A DNA stretch of 64,000 nucleotides from Eutreptiella sp. 'Long Island Sound 2002' (lineage: Eukaryota > Protista > Euglenida). The notes beneath the pieces are model-generated. The model ran no database searches, was not told where the DNA came from, and was given only the letters and a program-made list of their open reading frames with translations. The stretch is taken from contig OZ038379.1 of the NCBI GenBank assembly GCA_964036045.1, forward strand, positions 48,298,001 through 48,362,000. The letters run 5' to 3'. Numbering within the stretch: position 1 is the first letter of the stretch; each line of letters opens with the position of its first letter. The translations under genes were made by a program, and so were the position numbers. Positions 12,304 through 24,500 of this stretch are shown here, one piece after another.

Positions 12304-13500
12304 GAGGAGGTTGGGGGTCATGAGGGAGGGGCCAAGCTTGAGCGACCAATTGGCGTCCAATGCACTTGGTTGTATGTGGGTTGTCCCTTGGCCTGTGCTC
12401 CCCCAGTGCAAGCTGAAGCCCAGCGGCACAGTGTGATGTATGGCACGTGTAGCGACACAGGTCGGTTTTTTGCTGGCGGCAGTCACACAGGACGGCCAAG
12501 TTCCATGCCGTTTCCAGGATCTGGCAAACTGCTTGGACAATGTGAGTGGAGGAGGAGTCGGGGTAGTGAGTGGCAATCATGATATTATCCCGAAATTGGC
12601 AGAGTGCAACAACGCCGTGGGCATTACGCCAGAATGGAAACCCTTCGGGGGACATACACAACTCGCCCAGGGCATATAAGAGGCGGCGGGAGGTGAAGAC
12701 TGACCAAAGGCTATGGAGGTCCGATGCCTGTGTTGAAAACGAGCGCTCCATGGGTATGCATCCCTGTCTGCACCACAGCTATCCTGTTGCATGGACAAAA
12801 ATGTTATGCTCCATTTCAAATTCGATGGTGTCCATCATTTGTGCATGGGTAATGAACCAAAATTTTGTAGAGTTTGCTCTGCCCGCCCCGTCCAATTTGT
12901 CCGAGTCCCTGCTAACAAACAAGATGACTTCACTCATCCGCCAATGTTTTCTCTTCGACGGCCACTCACTGGCCGTTGTTGAATTCATCTTTATAATCTA
13001 TTTCCCTCAAGAACACGCAACCTACTAAATGCAGCCAATGGTACCATTTTGAAACCTCATAACCTCATGACCACATACACACGTGCTGCCTTTGGGCAGC
13101 TCTGTTGGCGGATTCTGTCCAGGGCTTCCCAGTCGTCGTTCCATACCACTTCATATACCCGAAGGTCCGCACAGCCTAGTGGTGTCCGGGACGTGTATTT
13201 GTGCCCTTCCAAATAAGCCCATTTGCGCAGCCAATCTTGTAAACCTTAATTGCGAGACACTTTCTAGTTGGTAATAAATATGAGGCTGCGTGCACTGCTT
13301 TGATTGTTGCCTGAAGGAAGTGCGGTTCCCCTGCAAAGGCTCTGCGCAGCGCCCGAGGCATCGCCCTCATGCTGCCCGCCCGTCCGTAGCCAGACAGGAG
13401 CACTGTCTGCAGCCAAGCGAGCGCGCTGAGGATTTGCCCCACCCACGTTCCGACCCACGGCCTCCCGTTCGCAAGCGCCCCCGTAAAAATTCCGCTCAAA
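12304..13500 (-). mobile_element. Penelope-like retroelement reverse transcriptase remnant, copy 1
   Basis: RT-like motifs occur in order across stops and frameshifts: SYLLPTRK; FLREIDYKDEFNN (motif A-like); EHNIFVHATG*LWCRQGCIPMERSFSTQASDLHSLW (motif B-like); LCQFRDNIMIAT (YxDD-like, 12584-12598); then LGPSLMTP. Confidence 0.7.
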
Positions 13501-14090
13501 TACTACCCTTTATACCAGTGCTTTAGCATCATTAGTGAGGGGCCAAGGCGCAACGTCCAATCGTCTTTTATTGCAGCAAGCTTAATATGGTTGAGACCTC
13601 CCCGACCGCCCCCCAAAGCAATGCAGAACCCCATACATCGCACAACGGGCCCCAGGCACAATCCTTGACAGCTACCATGCTTATCAGCACATGAACACTC
13701 CACCGGCTAGTGCCATGTGGTATCCAAAACCGTTTTGACTAATAAAACCAGTTCTCCGTAGTCAGAGGGGTCAGCATCTGTTGCTACCAGAAGGTTGTCC
13801 CTGAACTGGCACAAAACGCGATTTTCTAGCGCCTTGTCCAAAATATGTACTCCTTCGGAGAAACGTTCAGCGTCCCGAGGCGCCGAAACTCCTGTCTTCC
13901 CTTGTATGGACCCCAGATGGAATGTAGGTCCGCACTTTGTGCGGAAAAACTGCCTCCCATCAAATCAAAGCAGTCTCTACCCCACAACTGTCCCACCGCC
14001 CAACATTTATTGTTTTGTTGTGCTCAAAAGAGACATACCTCACCAACTCTTCGTGGGCCAGGTACCGAAATGGTTTGCTGGTACCTAGCC
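13501..14090 (-). mobile_element. Penelope-like RT remnant, copy 2 (diverged, tandem)
   Basis: MGGSFSAQSADLHSIW (~13915-13960), VLCQFRDNLLVAT (QFRDN at 13794-13808) and WTLRLGPSLMM parallel copy 1. Confidence 0.7.
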
Positions 14091-16155
14091 TTGGCCTATC
14101 CAACGCTGAGATAGAGTGGTATACTCCATATGACATCTTTCATGCGCCACCACCTCCGTTTTATCAAAAAAACCAATTTCCTCGGACATGTGGTTGTCGA
14201 TCCTGCCTGGCTGAATCTTGTAGAAGTGCTCTTTGCAGTCCACCTCCGTAATGGACCTCATGCCCCGTTGATTCACACACACAAACACACATATATTACT
14301 ATTATCATTATTATATATCATTATCATAATATAACCCGGTCTGAGATCAACTAGTTTGATGTCTCGGAGCCCCCATCCCTGTGGTTCCGGGAGCATATGG
14401 CAGCTGTGCGCCTGTGGAGATCATTGCATCACAACACAAGAGATACACCTTTAAATATGGTTAGTATTAGGAGAGATTTGTACAATTTGACCCTGTTTTT
14501 GCATGATGTTGCCAATTTGTGTACGCATTTGGCCACTCTAGTGCAACAAGCCTAGAGAACCACACCCATTGATAGTTTCACCATATGAAAAGACTATCTT
14601 TGGTCCAAAACATATTTCGGTCCTGCCTTCCAACTCGCAATAGACTGGGAGCTATGTGCGTGGCAAAATCGCGATTTTGACTTGTGTGCCTTGTTTGGAG
14701 ACCTACCATTCCGAGAACCGGAGGGAGTTGAAAGACGCCCTTCGAGTAAGTTGGACATTGAGCTCCGGGCTATGATGTATCAACACCACGGCCTCCGGTA
14801 TGGCATATGCTTAGAGCATGAGCTCTCACTTTCTGGTCAGTTTTGGGTGTTTTTGGCACTTGTGCTTGTTATGCCAATTTTACCCCATTCTTGTACCATA
14901 TTGACGCCTCCGATACCGACTCTTAACCCAGTGCAGCGGACTTCCCATGGCATGTTGCATATGCACCAAGGTCCCAACTCCGAAGTTGCATGTTGGTTGG
15001 CCATGACTCCATAGGCATGGGGCACCACACCATTCCTGGTATGTGCCTTTTCGTCCTTTTTGCCCCGTGCACCATATTGGTTCGGTCGGTGCACTACGAC
15101 CGACGGGAGTCAGGGAGGCACAGCTATGTGGGGGCGCAAGTTGAGGTCCCAAGACCTCATATCTAGAATATGGGAGTCGATCCTCAACTCACTAGGCACA
15201 TATGAGACTATTGGTGAGGGGATATCGGACCAGTTTTGGATACCACACCAGAGGGGTGCATATAGGGTCAATTTTACCCATATGTGGGATCACACTTTGA
15301 AGCCATTTCTCCAAACCCATTCGACCCCAATATGATCTGAAATTTGGGTGATGCAGGGCATGTTCCTGAGTGCGCCCTATGACCACAAGAGCTCACCTCT
15401 CCAATGGGTAGGGAATTAGGGATTCATCACTGCCCACAATTTTGGTAGTTTTTGACATGTGTGATGTGACCTGTGGATAGTACCATGTGCCCGTATCATG
15501 GGACCCGGACCACAGCCATGCCTTGGCTGGATCGGGGAAGGTCCCAAGACCTATGAATCCTGTGCATCTGATGCAGATTGCTTATGTTTCCCTATCTCCC
15601 CACACCTTCTCTGAGTTCCGTTTTGTATTGATTTCAGGGTTTCATCTTGGACTCTATTGTGCACTATGAGTTCTGAGTGACCCGCCCACGCCGTCCACTA
15701 CAGTCGAAGTACCTTCTATTGCCTCTGGACCAAATGTGGACGCAGGTGGACCTGGCTCTCTTCGAGTAGCCGGCTGGCCCAGGACTACCTGCGGCATCAG
15801 TGGATTGTGATTTTATTGGTTTTCATTGCCTTACGGGATACCAAGGGTTGTATTTGCAGGTTTTTTTGGATTTTCCGAAACATGCAGGCATGGATCAGGT
15901 CCAAGTCACTAGGGGTCACCGGAAGAAGGAAAAAGGGTTGAAAGGCGGTAGAGCGCACACAATAGCAGGGGGCGGTCCTGTGGACCTTCTTTCTGCGTAA
16001 ACCAATCATGAGACAACGAAGGATTGACTGGGCAAACAGTCAGTTGGGTTCAAAAAGATTTTTCTTCCTGGGTCAAAATAATAAGAAATCAACCGGAAGC
16101 TGCCTACATCGTATGCGACATGGGACAGCGGCGAGATATGAAGAGCTTGCTGCAT

Positions 16156-16345
16156 TGGGGAGGCCGGGTTTTCGTTTCCGGGGGGGGGGGGGGGTCGATA
16201 GAGCCCTCCGGTCGGACCCCCCCCAAAAAGGCTCAATTGACAGGACCCCAAAAATCCTACCGAGACTGACCCCCGGGCCTCGGAGGTGACCCAGACCCAA
16301 AAATCGGGAAAAAAAGAAAATGGGATTTTTCGAATCAGCGCCCCA
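16156..16345 (+). repeat. Dispersed repeat block (ggggaggccgggttttcgtttccgg...aaaatcctaccgag...gaatcagcg)
   Basis: Near-identical block at ~26068-26258 and a partial copy at ~48757-48830. Confidence 0.8.
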
Positions 16346-16859
16346 GGGGGACAATGGGCCATACGCCGACTCCTTCCCGCTTTGGTGCCACTTTCACGGC
16401 GGGGGGGGGGGGGGGGGGGGGCTGGGTCTGGGGGGTGGGGGGGGGGGGGAGCAGCTAGAGGGGGCGGCTCCAGACCCGTACATATATGGCGTGAAATGGC
16501 CGCCTCATTCGGTGATCACTTTGAGGTAAGGATGTAGGAGCAAAAAAAAATTGCAACAGGGGGGGGGGGGGCATGGTGGGTGGTACTTTTGTTTAAGGGC
16601 ATAGCACCCCCGAGTCAATTCCCCGCCACTATTGCTAGTGGCGCCCCACCCTGGCATCCCCAAACGAAGGGGGACAAAATCAGAATTGGCTGCTTGAGCC
16701 CTGCCTTCTGGGGGCCCACAAGTGGGCGGAAATGCTACATAACCCCTGCATTCTCGGGGATCCCCAACAAAGGGGACAACATCAAAGCACAAGGAAAAAC
16801 AAAAAAAACAAAAAAAATTTCCCCTCTTGTCCTTGGCCCTGTCTGTGGTCCCACACATT

Positions 16860-16930
16860 CCCCCCACCGGGGGTTGAACCCATGACCTTACAGTTGCAGA
16901 GGCAGTGCTTTACCCACTAGGGTATGGGCC
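16860..16930 (-). other. tRNA-derived sequence (tRNA pseudogene or SINE head)
   Basis: Minus strand reads GGCCCATACCCTAGTGGGTAAAGCACTGCCTCTGCAACTGTAAGGTCATGGGTTCAACCCCCGGTGGGGG, with A-box-like TAGTGGGTAAAGC and B-box-like GGTTCAACCCC at tRNA spacing. The anticodon stem is degenerate. Confidence 0.5.
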
Positions 16931-17172
16931 ATCTCTGACATACCATTGCACAGGGGTGGTATTGATATTGGGTCCAAACCCGGGGGGGCGACTACAACCG
17001 GTCCTGATGCGACCCACCCCCCAGCTATCTGTCAAAACTCGGGAGGGGGGGGGGGGGGGGGGGCAGAGTTGGGGGGGGTCCGGCCAGGGGTCGGGGGGGT
17101 GGTCAAGCCGGGGGTCGGGGGGGGGTCTGGCCAGGGGTCAGGGGGGCGTCGGATGGGGTGAGGGGGGGGGGG

Positions 17173-17202
17173 TTAGGGTTAGGGTTAGGGTTAAGGTTAG
17201 GG
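17173..17202 (+). repeat. Interstitial telomeric (TTAGGG)n tract 1
   Basis: ttagggttagggttagggttaaggttaggg. Confidence 0.95.
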
Positions 17203-18352
17203 TCACCGAGCTGGTGGAACCAGTCTTGGTTTTATAACCCTTTTTAGTGTCTAGGGTGGACCTACCAGGTTTAGCAGCAGCAGCAGCAAGCAGCAGCAAG
17301 CAGCAGCAGCAAGCAGCAAGCAAGCAGCAGCACGCGCGAAATGGGGAAAAATCAGATTTCCGTCGTGGTGCTTCAGATTCGGGTGAAATTTTGGTGGATG
17401 ATACCTATGGGTGTGAAGTACAATCACACAAAGTTTGAGCAAGAAACTCAACGGTGGCGGCCGGGAACGGGATTCGCAAGTGGCGGACCTCAGTTTCAGA
17501 AACTGCAGTTTAGGGCCAAAAACAGCCATTTTAGGGCCAAAAATGCCCTGGAACACATTCAAAACGGCCGAACCAAGGGAAACGGTGGGTACACTCCACG
17601 TGCGGCTTGACTTCCCCGTGTCAACGAGCTCTTTGCGGCCCTCTAACTCCATGATATGCCGCGGAAGCGGCCCAAAAAGGCCCCCAGAAGCTCCAACTGC
17701 CGACAGCCACAAACCAAGAACAGGCCATATCTTTGGCTACATGGCTCAAAATGCGATTCCGAGGGCACCTACTCCACCCGCAACCCCCCACGTTTTGTGG
17801 TTTCCACCCCTCAGAATTGCCCAAACGGACGCCTAGACCCCAATAACTAGGCCCACTAGGCTGTGGCAAGCTGCAAGCTCAAGCCCAAACAGGTGGGTAC
17901 CCAAATGGGTCAACAGGGTCCGAAAGGGGTAAAAATATGACGTTCCGCAAAAATGATCCTAGACCATGTGCGACGCTAAAACAAGTGTTTTTGGACTGTT
18001 TTGAGCTTGTGGTGGCCCATTTGGGTCCTCCAAAAATCCCAAAATGCCTTGAAAATGGGCTGTTTTGGGACCAAAAATGGGTCAAAAATGGGTCAAAAAC
18101 ACATTTTCCAAAACTCATCGTAGACCATTTGGGGTGCACAAAAGGGTGAAATGAGCCCATTTTGAGCCCATTTTGGGGCATTTTGGCCCCTGAGAAGTCC
18201 AAAAAGCCTTGAAAGTGGGCCTCGTGGTGATGGGGTTCAGGTAGATTTCACTTTGTCAAGAGCCATCAATGTGTGAATCATTCTTGATGTCCCTCACCAT
18301 TCATATCTAATGTTCCCTCCCCCACCAGCTCGGTCCCAATATTCAGTCTTGA
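17203..18352 (+). mobile_element. ~1.14-kb element with asymmetric TIRs, copy 1 (Helitron2/Helentron-like, non-autonomous)
   Basis: accgagctggtgg at 17205-17217 and its reverse complement ccaccagctcggt at 18322-18334, 18 nt before the 3' end. Internal (AGC/AGCA)n microsatellite; TTAGGG on both flanks. Confidence 0.7.
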
Positions 18353-18430
18353 TTAGCCCTAGGGTTAGGGTTAGCCCTAGGGTTAGGGTTAGGGTTAGGG
18401 TTAGGGTTAGGGTTAGGGGTAGGGCCAGGG
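18353..18430 (+). repeat. Interstitial telomeric tract 2, with TTAGCCC and other variants
   Basis: ttagccctagggttagggttagccctagggttagggttaggg... Confidence 0.95.
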
Positions 18431-19565
18431 TCACCGAGCTGGTGGAACCAGTCTTGGTTTTATAACCCTTTTTAGTGTCTAGGGTGGACCTACCAGGTTT
18501 AGCAGCAAGCAGCAGCAAGCAGCAAGCAAGCAGCAGCACGCGCGAAATGGGGAAAAATCACAACTCCGTCGTGGTGCTTTGGATTTGGTTGAAATTTTGG
18601 TGGATGATACCTATGGGTGTGAAGTACAATCACACAAAGTTTGAGCAAGAAACTCAACGGTGGCGGCCGGGAACGGGATTCGCAAGTGGCGGACCTCAGT
18701 TTTAAAAACTGCAGTTTAGGGCCAAAAACAGCCATTTTTGGGCCAAAAAAGCCCTGGAGCACATTCAAAACGGCCGAACCAAGGGAAACGGTGGGTACAC
18801 TCCACGTGCGGCTTGACTTCCGTGTGTCAACGAGCTCTTTGCGGCCCTCTAACTCCATGATATGTCCCGGAAACGGCCCAAAAAGGCCCCCAGAAGCTCC
18901 AAATGCCGACAGCCACAAACCAAGAACAGGCCATATCTTTGGCTACATGGCTCAAAATGCAATTCCGAGGGCACCTACTCCACCTGCAACCCCCCACGTT
19001 TTGTGGTTTCCACCCCTCAGAATTGCCCAAACAGACACCTAGACCCCAATACCTAGGCCCACTAGGCTGCGGCAAGCTGCAAGCTCAAGCCCAAACAGGT
19101 GGGTGCCCAAATGGGTCAACAAGGTCCGGTAGGGGCAAAAAGATGACTTTTCTCAAAAATGATCCTACACCATGTGCGACGCTAAAACAAGTGTTTTTGG
19201 ACTGTTTTGAGCTTGTGGTGGCCCAGTTTGGTCCTCTGAAAATCCCAAAATGCCTTGAAAATGGGCTGTTTTGGGATCAAAAATGGGTCAAAAATGGGTC
19301 AAAAACGCATTTTTCCAAACCTCATCCTAGACCATTTGGGGTGCACCAAAGGGTGAAATGAGCCCAGTTTGAGCCCATTTTGGGGCATTTTGGCCCCTCA
19401 GAAGTCCAAAAAGCCTTGAAAGTGGGCCTTGTGGTGATGGGGTTCACGTGCAAGCTGATTTCACTTTGTCAAGAGCCATCAATGTGTGAATCATTCTTGA
19501 TGTCCCTCAGCAGTCATAGCTGATGTTCCCTCCCCCACCAGCTCGGTCCCAATATTCAGTCTTGA
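18431..19565 (+). mobile_element. ~1.14-kb asymmetric-TIR element, copy 2
   Basis: TIRs at 18433-18445 and 19535-19547; collinear with copy 1. Confidence 0.7.
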
Positions 19566-19577
19566 TTAGGGTTAGGG

Positions 19578-20721
19578 TTACCGAGCTGGTGGAACCAGTC
19601 TTGGTTTTATAACCCTTTTTAGTGTCTAGGGTGGACCTACTAGGTTTAGCAGCAGCAGCAGCAGCAGCAAGCAAGCAGCAGCAGCAAGCAAGCAAGCAGC
19701 ACGCGCGAAATGGGTAAAAATCAGAATTCTGTCGTGGTGCTTCAAATTCGGCTGAAATTTTGGTGGATGATACCTATGGGTGTGAAGTAAAATCACACAA
19801 AGTTTGAGCCAGAAACTCAACAGTGGCGGCCGGGAACGGGATTCCCAAGTCGCGGACCTCAATTTCAAAAACTGCAGTTTAGGGCCAAAAATAGCCAATT
19901 TTGGACTAAAAAAGCCCTGGAACACATTCAAAACGGCCAAACGAAGGGAAACGGTGGGTACACTCCACGTGCGGCTTGACTTCCCCGTGTCAACGAGCTC
20001 TTTGCGGCCCTCTAACTCCATGATATGTCCCCGAAACGGCCCAAAAAGGCCCCAGAAGCTCCAAATGCCGACAGCCACAAACCAAGAACAGGCCATATCT
20101 TTGGCTACATGGCTCAAAATGCAATTCCGAGGGCACCTACTCCACCAACAACCCCCCACTTTTTGTGGTTTCCACCCCTTAGAATTACCCAAACGGACGC
20201 CTAGACCCCAATACCTAGGCCCACTAGGCTGCGGCAAGCTGCAAGCTCAAGCCCAAACAGGTGGGTACCCAAATGGGTCAACAAGGTCCAGTAGGGGCAA
20301 AAAGATGACTTTTCTAAAAAATGGTCCTAGACCATGTGCAACGCTAAAACAAGTGTTTTTGGACCGTTTTGAGCTTGTGGCGGCCCAGTTTGGTCCTCCG
20401 AAAATCCCAAAATGCCTTGACAGTGGGCTGTGACCAAAAATGGGTCAAAAATGGCTCAAAAACGCATTTTTCCAAACCTCATCCTAGACCATTTGGGGTG
20501 CACAAACGGGTGAAATGAGCCCATTTTGAGCCCATTTTGGGGCATTTTGGCCCCTTAGAAGTCCAAAAAGCCTTCAAAGTGGGCCTTGTGGTGATGGGGT
20601 TCACTTGCAGGCTGATTTCACTTTGTCAAGAGCCATCAAGTGTAAATCATTCTTGATGTCCCTCACTAGTCATAGCTGATGTTCCCTCCCCCACCAGCTC
20701 GGTCCCAATATTCAGTCTTGA
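19578..20721 (+). mobile_element. ~1.14-kb asymmetric-TIR element, copy 3
   Basis: TIRs at 19580-19592 and 20691-20703; separated from copy 2 by ttagggttaggg. Confidence 0.7.
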
Positions 20722-20770
20722 TTAGGGTTAGGGTTAGGGCCAGGGTTAGGGTTAGGGTTAGGGCTAGGGT
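20722..20770 (+). repeat. Interstitial telomeric tract 4
   Basis: ttagggttagggttagggccagggttagggttagggttagggctaggg. Confidence 0.95.
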
Positions 20771-20789
20771 TGCTGTTAGGGCCTGCAGC

Positions 20790-21400
20790 CCTCTTGTAGC
20801 CCAAATATGAATTCTCTACAAAATTTTGAGCATTTTGAGTATAAACACATGGTATGAAAAAAAAAATTGGCGCCTTTGGCGCCGGACAGTTTTCTCTAGG
20901 GACACTTGCTGGTGGCCGACCCGGCACCACTATCTTTCAAAACCCGGGGGGGGGGGGGGGGGGCTGGGGGGGGTCGCATACAAGGACCGGGCCCGGCCGC
21001 CCCCCCGGGGGTCCAAATTGGTTTTCATCCATCATTGGGTTCTCCTGAAAAAACTGAGTATTTTGAGCATAGAAGCAAATTTGCCTAAGGGCGCCTTTGG
21101 CGCCAATGGTCCGGCACTTCGGTGCCAATTTCCAGGGTGGGGGGGGGGGGGGAGTCGGCGTAAAGGACCCGCCCCCCCCCCCCCCGGGATCAGCGCGTCG
21201 AGGGGGTTCAGAAAAGTCATCATTTGCCATATATTTGATGAAAAAAAAATGGACCAATTTTAATGCTCAAAAAATTTTCGGTGCCTTCGGCGCCAGACTT
21301 CATAATGACTGATTAATGGTGCCTGTCAATTGAGCCCTTTTCCCAAACCCCCCCCCCCCAGTTTTCGGGGGCTCTATTGACCCCCCCCCCCCCCAGAAAT
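20790..21400. repeat. Dispersed repeat with ggcgcc(tt/cttc)ggcgcc mini-hairpins and G/C runs
   Basis: The 21195-21385 block (gcgtcgagggggttcagaaaagtcatcatttgc...ggcgccagacttcata...gggggctctattgaccc) recurs at ~26258-26445. Related ggcgcc-hairpin pieces occur at ~32.3, 40.0 and 47.8 kb. Confidence 0.75.
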
Positions 21401-21519
21401 GAAAACCCGATATGCCTTGTGCTCTCGGAAATGGTCCATTGAACCCCTCAAGCACCTTGAGCATGAAAGGGGGCAAGGGCTTGGATCCCTATGGAGAACA
21501 TCCAAAAGAACCACCCACC

Positions 21520-24500
21520 CCCCCCCCACCCCAGTGGCCTTCATCCGGGGTGTGATGGTCAGAAATCGCAATGCGTTTGTTCTGTCAAAACCAGCCCTGA
21601 CATCTTGGTATCAAGGGCTATTCGCTGAAAGCCTTCAATGTGACCACTTGGTGGGTTCTAAGAGCAGTGGCGTAGCTGTACAACTGTGGTGTGCGGCTGC
21701 AGCATGCGCGCTCGAATGAAGTCACGGGCTCCACCCTTCACACGCCAGACAGGGCTGCAACGTTGACTTAACCTCTGCACCATGCCTATTTAAGGAAGTA
21801 CTGCACAGGGGGTATAGCCAACTTGGTGTCAACCCTGTGAAGCATTGGTGTGGATGCAGGTTCAGGCATGGCAAGCACAACAGCCTACCCAGAGGCCGCG
21901 AATTCGTGCCCCAATTTGATATTGGGGGTCCCTTGGGCAACAAGAGCGCCCCCGCTGGCCTTCCTAATGCACGAAGTGCTGCGATGGGGAGGCAAACCAA
22001 ACCAAACGGGCAGAGTTTTTGCGAGCACCCAATCCAATGTGTGACGACAACTGCAGCCCCAGACATTTCGGGGGGCTAACAGGAGGTTGAGGATTGGGAA
22101 ATGGGGATTCATGGGTCGGAGAAGCCTGTAGCTCAAACTGATCACCACTGAATTTGTGGAAGCATGTACTGTGGGAATGGCAAAAATAGTTTCTCTGGAC
22201 CTCAAGGGAATGCACAACGGTGTGCGGATCTGCACACATCTGCAACAAAATGGAACATCACATGAAGCAATGTGTTGATAGGAAACAGTCATATGGGCCT
22301 CCTGTCCGAATGCAGAGTCACCACAGCCCCAGAGGGCAAAAAAGGTTCGAGAGGGGTGGAGGAAATGCCTGCACTGAAGGCACCCGAATATTTCTGTGCT
22401 GGAACCCACACTTATTGTTGCAGAAAGCAGTTGGTCCATGTCACCCAAAACAAGCCCCTATTCCCACAATGCCCCCTCCCTGCCGCCCCCCCATAGCTAA
22501 CCCTGGTCATGAGAGTTCCAAACAGAGGGCGGGGGTTACATACACAGGACTGTGTGGTCAACATTTTCAGTGCCGTTCAGGCAGTCAGAGTGCAGGAGAA
22601 TAGGAAAGGGGAAGCAGGGAAACTGGAGGAGGAGGGGGTGGAACGGAAAACAGCAGCTGCAGAAGCTGGCCAAAGTTCCGGCGACACCGTGATAAAGCCA
22701 AGTTGGGTGATTGCGGTGGTGTTCTGGGGGCTACTCCAGCTCCAAGTTTACATATTCCTGCATTGGAGTGCGAATGAGGGTGGCCACAATCGTGCTGTGG
22801 ACAATATCGGCGCCGGGCGGGGACTGCATCCCCCACTTTTCCTTTGTCCTCTGGTGACAAGTCCCTTCCTCCTGCTCTCGACCCCCGCAATCCCTTCCCC
22901 TGTCGCTGTCCCTCCTACTCATTCTCGCTCATCCCGCATCCTACAACTGTCCTCGAGAGCGAGGCCACAGGGCATCCTCCCTCGGTACTAGACCGCGAAA
23001 GTGGAGGAGGGCCGCGGGGCCTCCTTAGTCGCCTGCAGGTTCTGTGGTGATGTGGTCCTGCTGCTGCGGTCCGTTGGGATGGGGGTGGGAAGCATAGTGC
23101 CCCTGGGGATGTGGACAGGGAGGGCGTGAGCCAAAGGAGCCAGGCAGTCGTGAACAGCATGTTGGGGGGGGGGGGGGGCACAGAGCAGTGAAACAAGGAC
23201 AGTCTGGGGGCTCCGTTGGCACAACCAAGGGAAAGGAAGGGTGAGTAGGGAGGTAAGGGTAAGCCAGGCAGGGAGAGGGAGGGCACGAGGTGGTGAGAGG
23301 CTGATGGGAGCCGCCAGCTGCAGACAGCAATACAACCAGGTGTCATGCCAACCCCGGGTCGGAGAGCATCGCCGTTGGCCTGGTGCATCCAAGTGGACAC
23401 TCCATGCCAGCGGTGAGGGAACCCTCCCCAACGGCGGCTTTTGGGCCCCAGGATGTCCACTTGCAGGGTCAACGTCGTTTGGGGGAGGAGGGGGGGTTCA
23501 ACGAAAGGCTTCACGCCCCCCAGAGGTCTGAGCCCCCGGGGGCCACTAAGCGCCCATGGGGAGTAGGTCCGACCAGATCTATGCCCAGCACCCCCTGCAC
23601 CGAAGCTGGGGGGAAGAGGTTGGGAGGGTTCAGCCGCCAGCCCAAGGGAAGGGTGGCGGTGGCTAGTGTTTGGGCGGCAGGGGGGGGATGAGAGCCACCA
23701 GACAGGCTGTGCGATATGCTAAGAAATGACCCCAACCATGACACTTACAGGACGGTGTTCAAAGATGTGTTGTTCTCCTTTGTGAATGTACTTTGCGCAT
23801 GACTTATGATATTTTCGGCACAAAAGGAAGACTGTGCAGGGCAACCCAACTACGCCCTGATCTGAGCACCAAAGACTGAAATGTAGCATAGGCTGTCTGT
23901 TTGTGACGAATGAGCAAGGTTCGCATTTCCAGCAGGGAGGTGGGTGTTCCATAAAGGCTGGCTGGGCACAGTGTCGTACAAACGGTGTTCAGTGCCATGT
24001 CTCTTGTACAGCCTGCTGCCTGGTGGCGTCAGTTCCCGGGAGCAGTTCCGCGGTGGGGCGGGGGGCAGGGTGGGGTGTATGTCACAAAGGCAGGACGGTA
24101 CAGAAAAACTTGGTGCAAAATCCCCCAATTGTGGTATGACACGAACCATGGACCCCCCCCCCTAGCAGTCCTTGTACCAAGCATGGCACTGCTACACAAA
24201 TATGGTGATGAATTCAGCGCTTTCGGAATGTTTGATGGATGCCATGGTGAGGCAAGAGCACCAAGAGCCGTGTGTGACCATTGCTCGGACACATCGGTGG
24301 CTCACAGTGGGTAGCCCCCCCAACCCCCCCCAGCCCCCCCTTGCAGGGGGTCAAAAAGCTCAAGGGGTGTTGTTGTCAAAGGCTGCACCTAGGTGCCCCC
24401 CCCCCCATGTTCAGCTCATCACAAATCCCCTGCATGTCACCCACCCCCCCCAACAGGCACCTCCCTCTTTTCACCCCCAATGCAACCAATGCGTCTCATA

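Noticed and set aside
15060-15335. RNase H-like DGS motif (WFGRCTTTDGSQGG; compare WGRCYLDGT near 30.8 kb)
   Set aside because: Too short and decayed, and the other catalytic residues were not found.
17251-20433. Repeated 130-210-aa ORFs in the three tandem units as a conserved protein
   Set aside because: Frames differ between copies, overlap on both strands and show no recognisable motif; no Rep or helicase signature.
17173-20770. True chromosome end
   Set aside because: The TTAGGG tracts are short, contain variants and are followed by more than 40 kb of further sequence.
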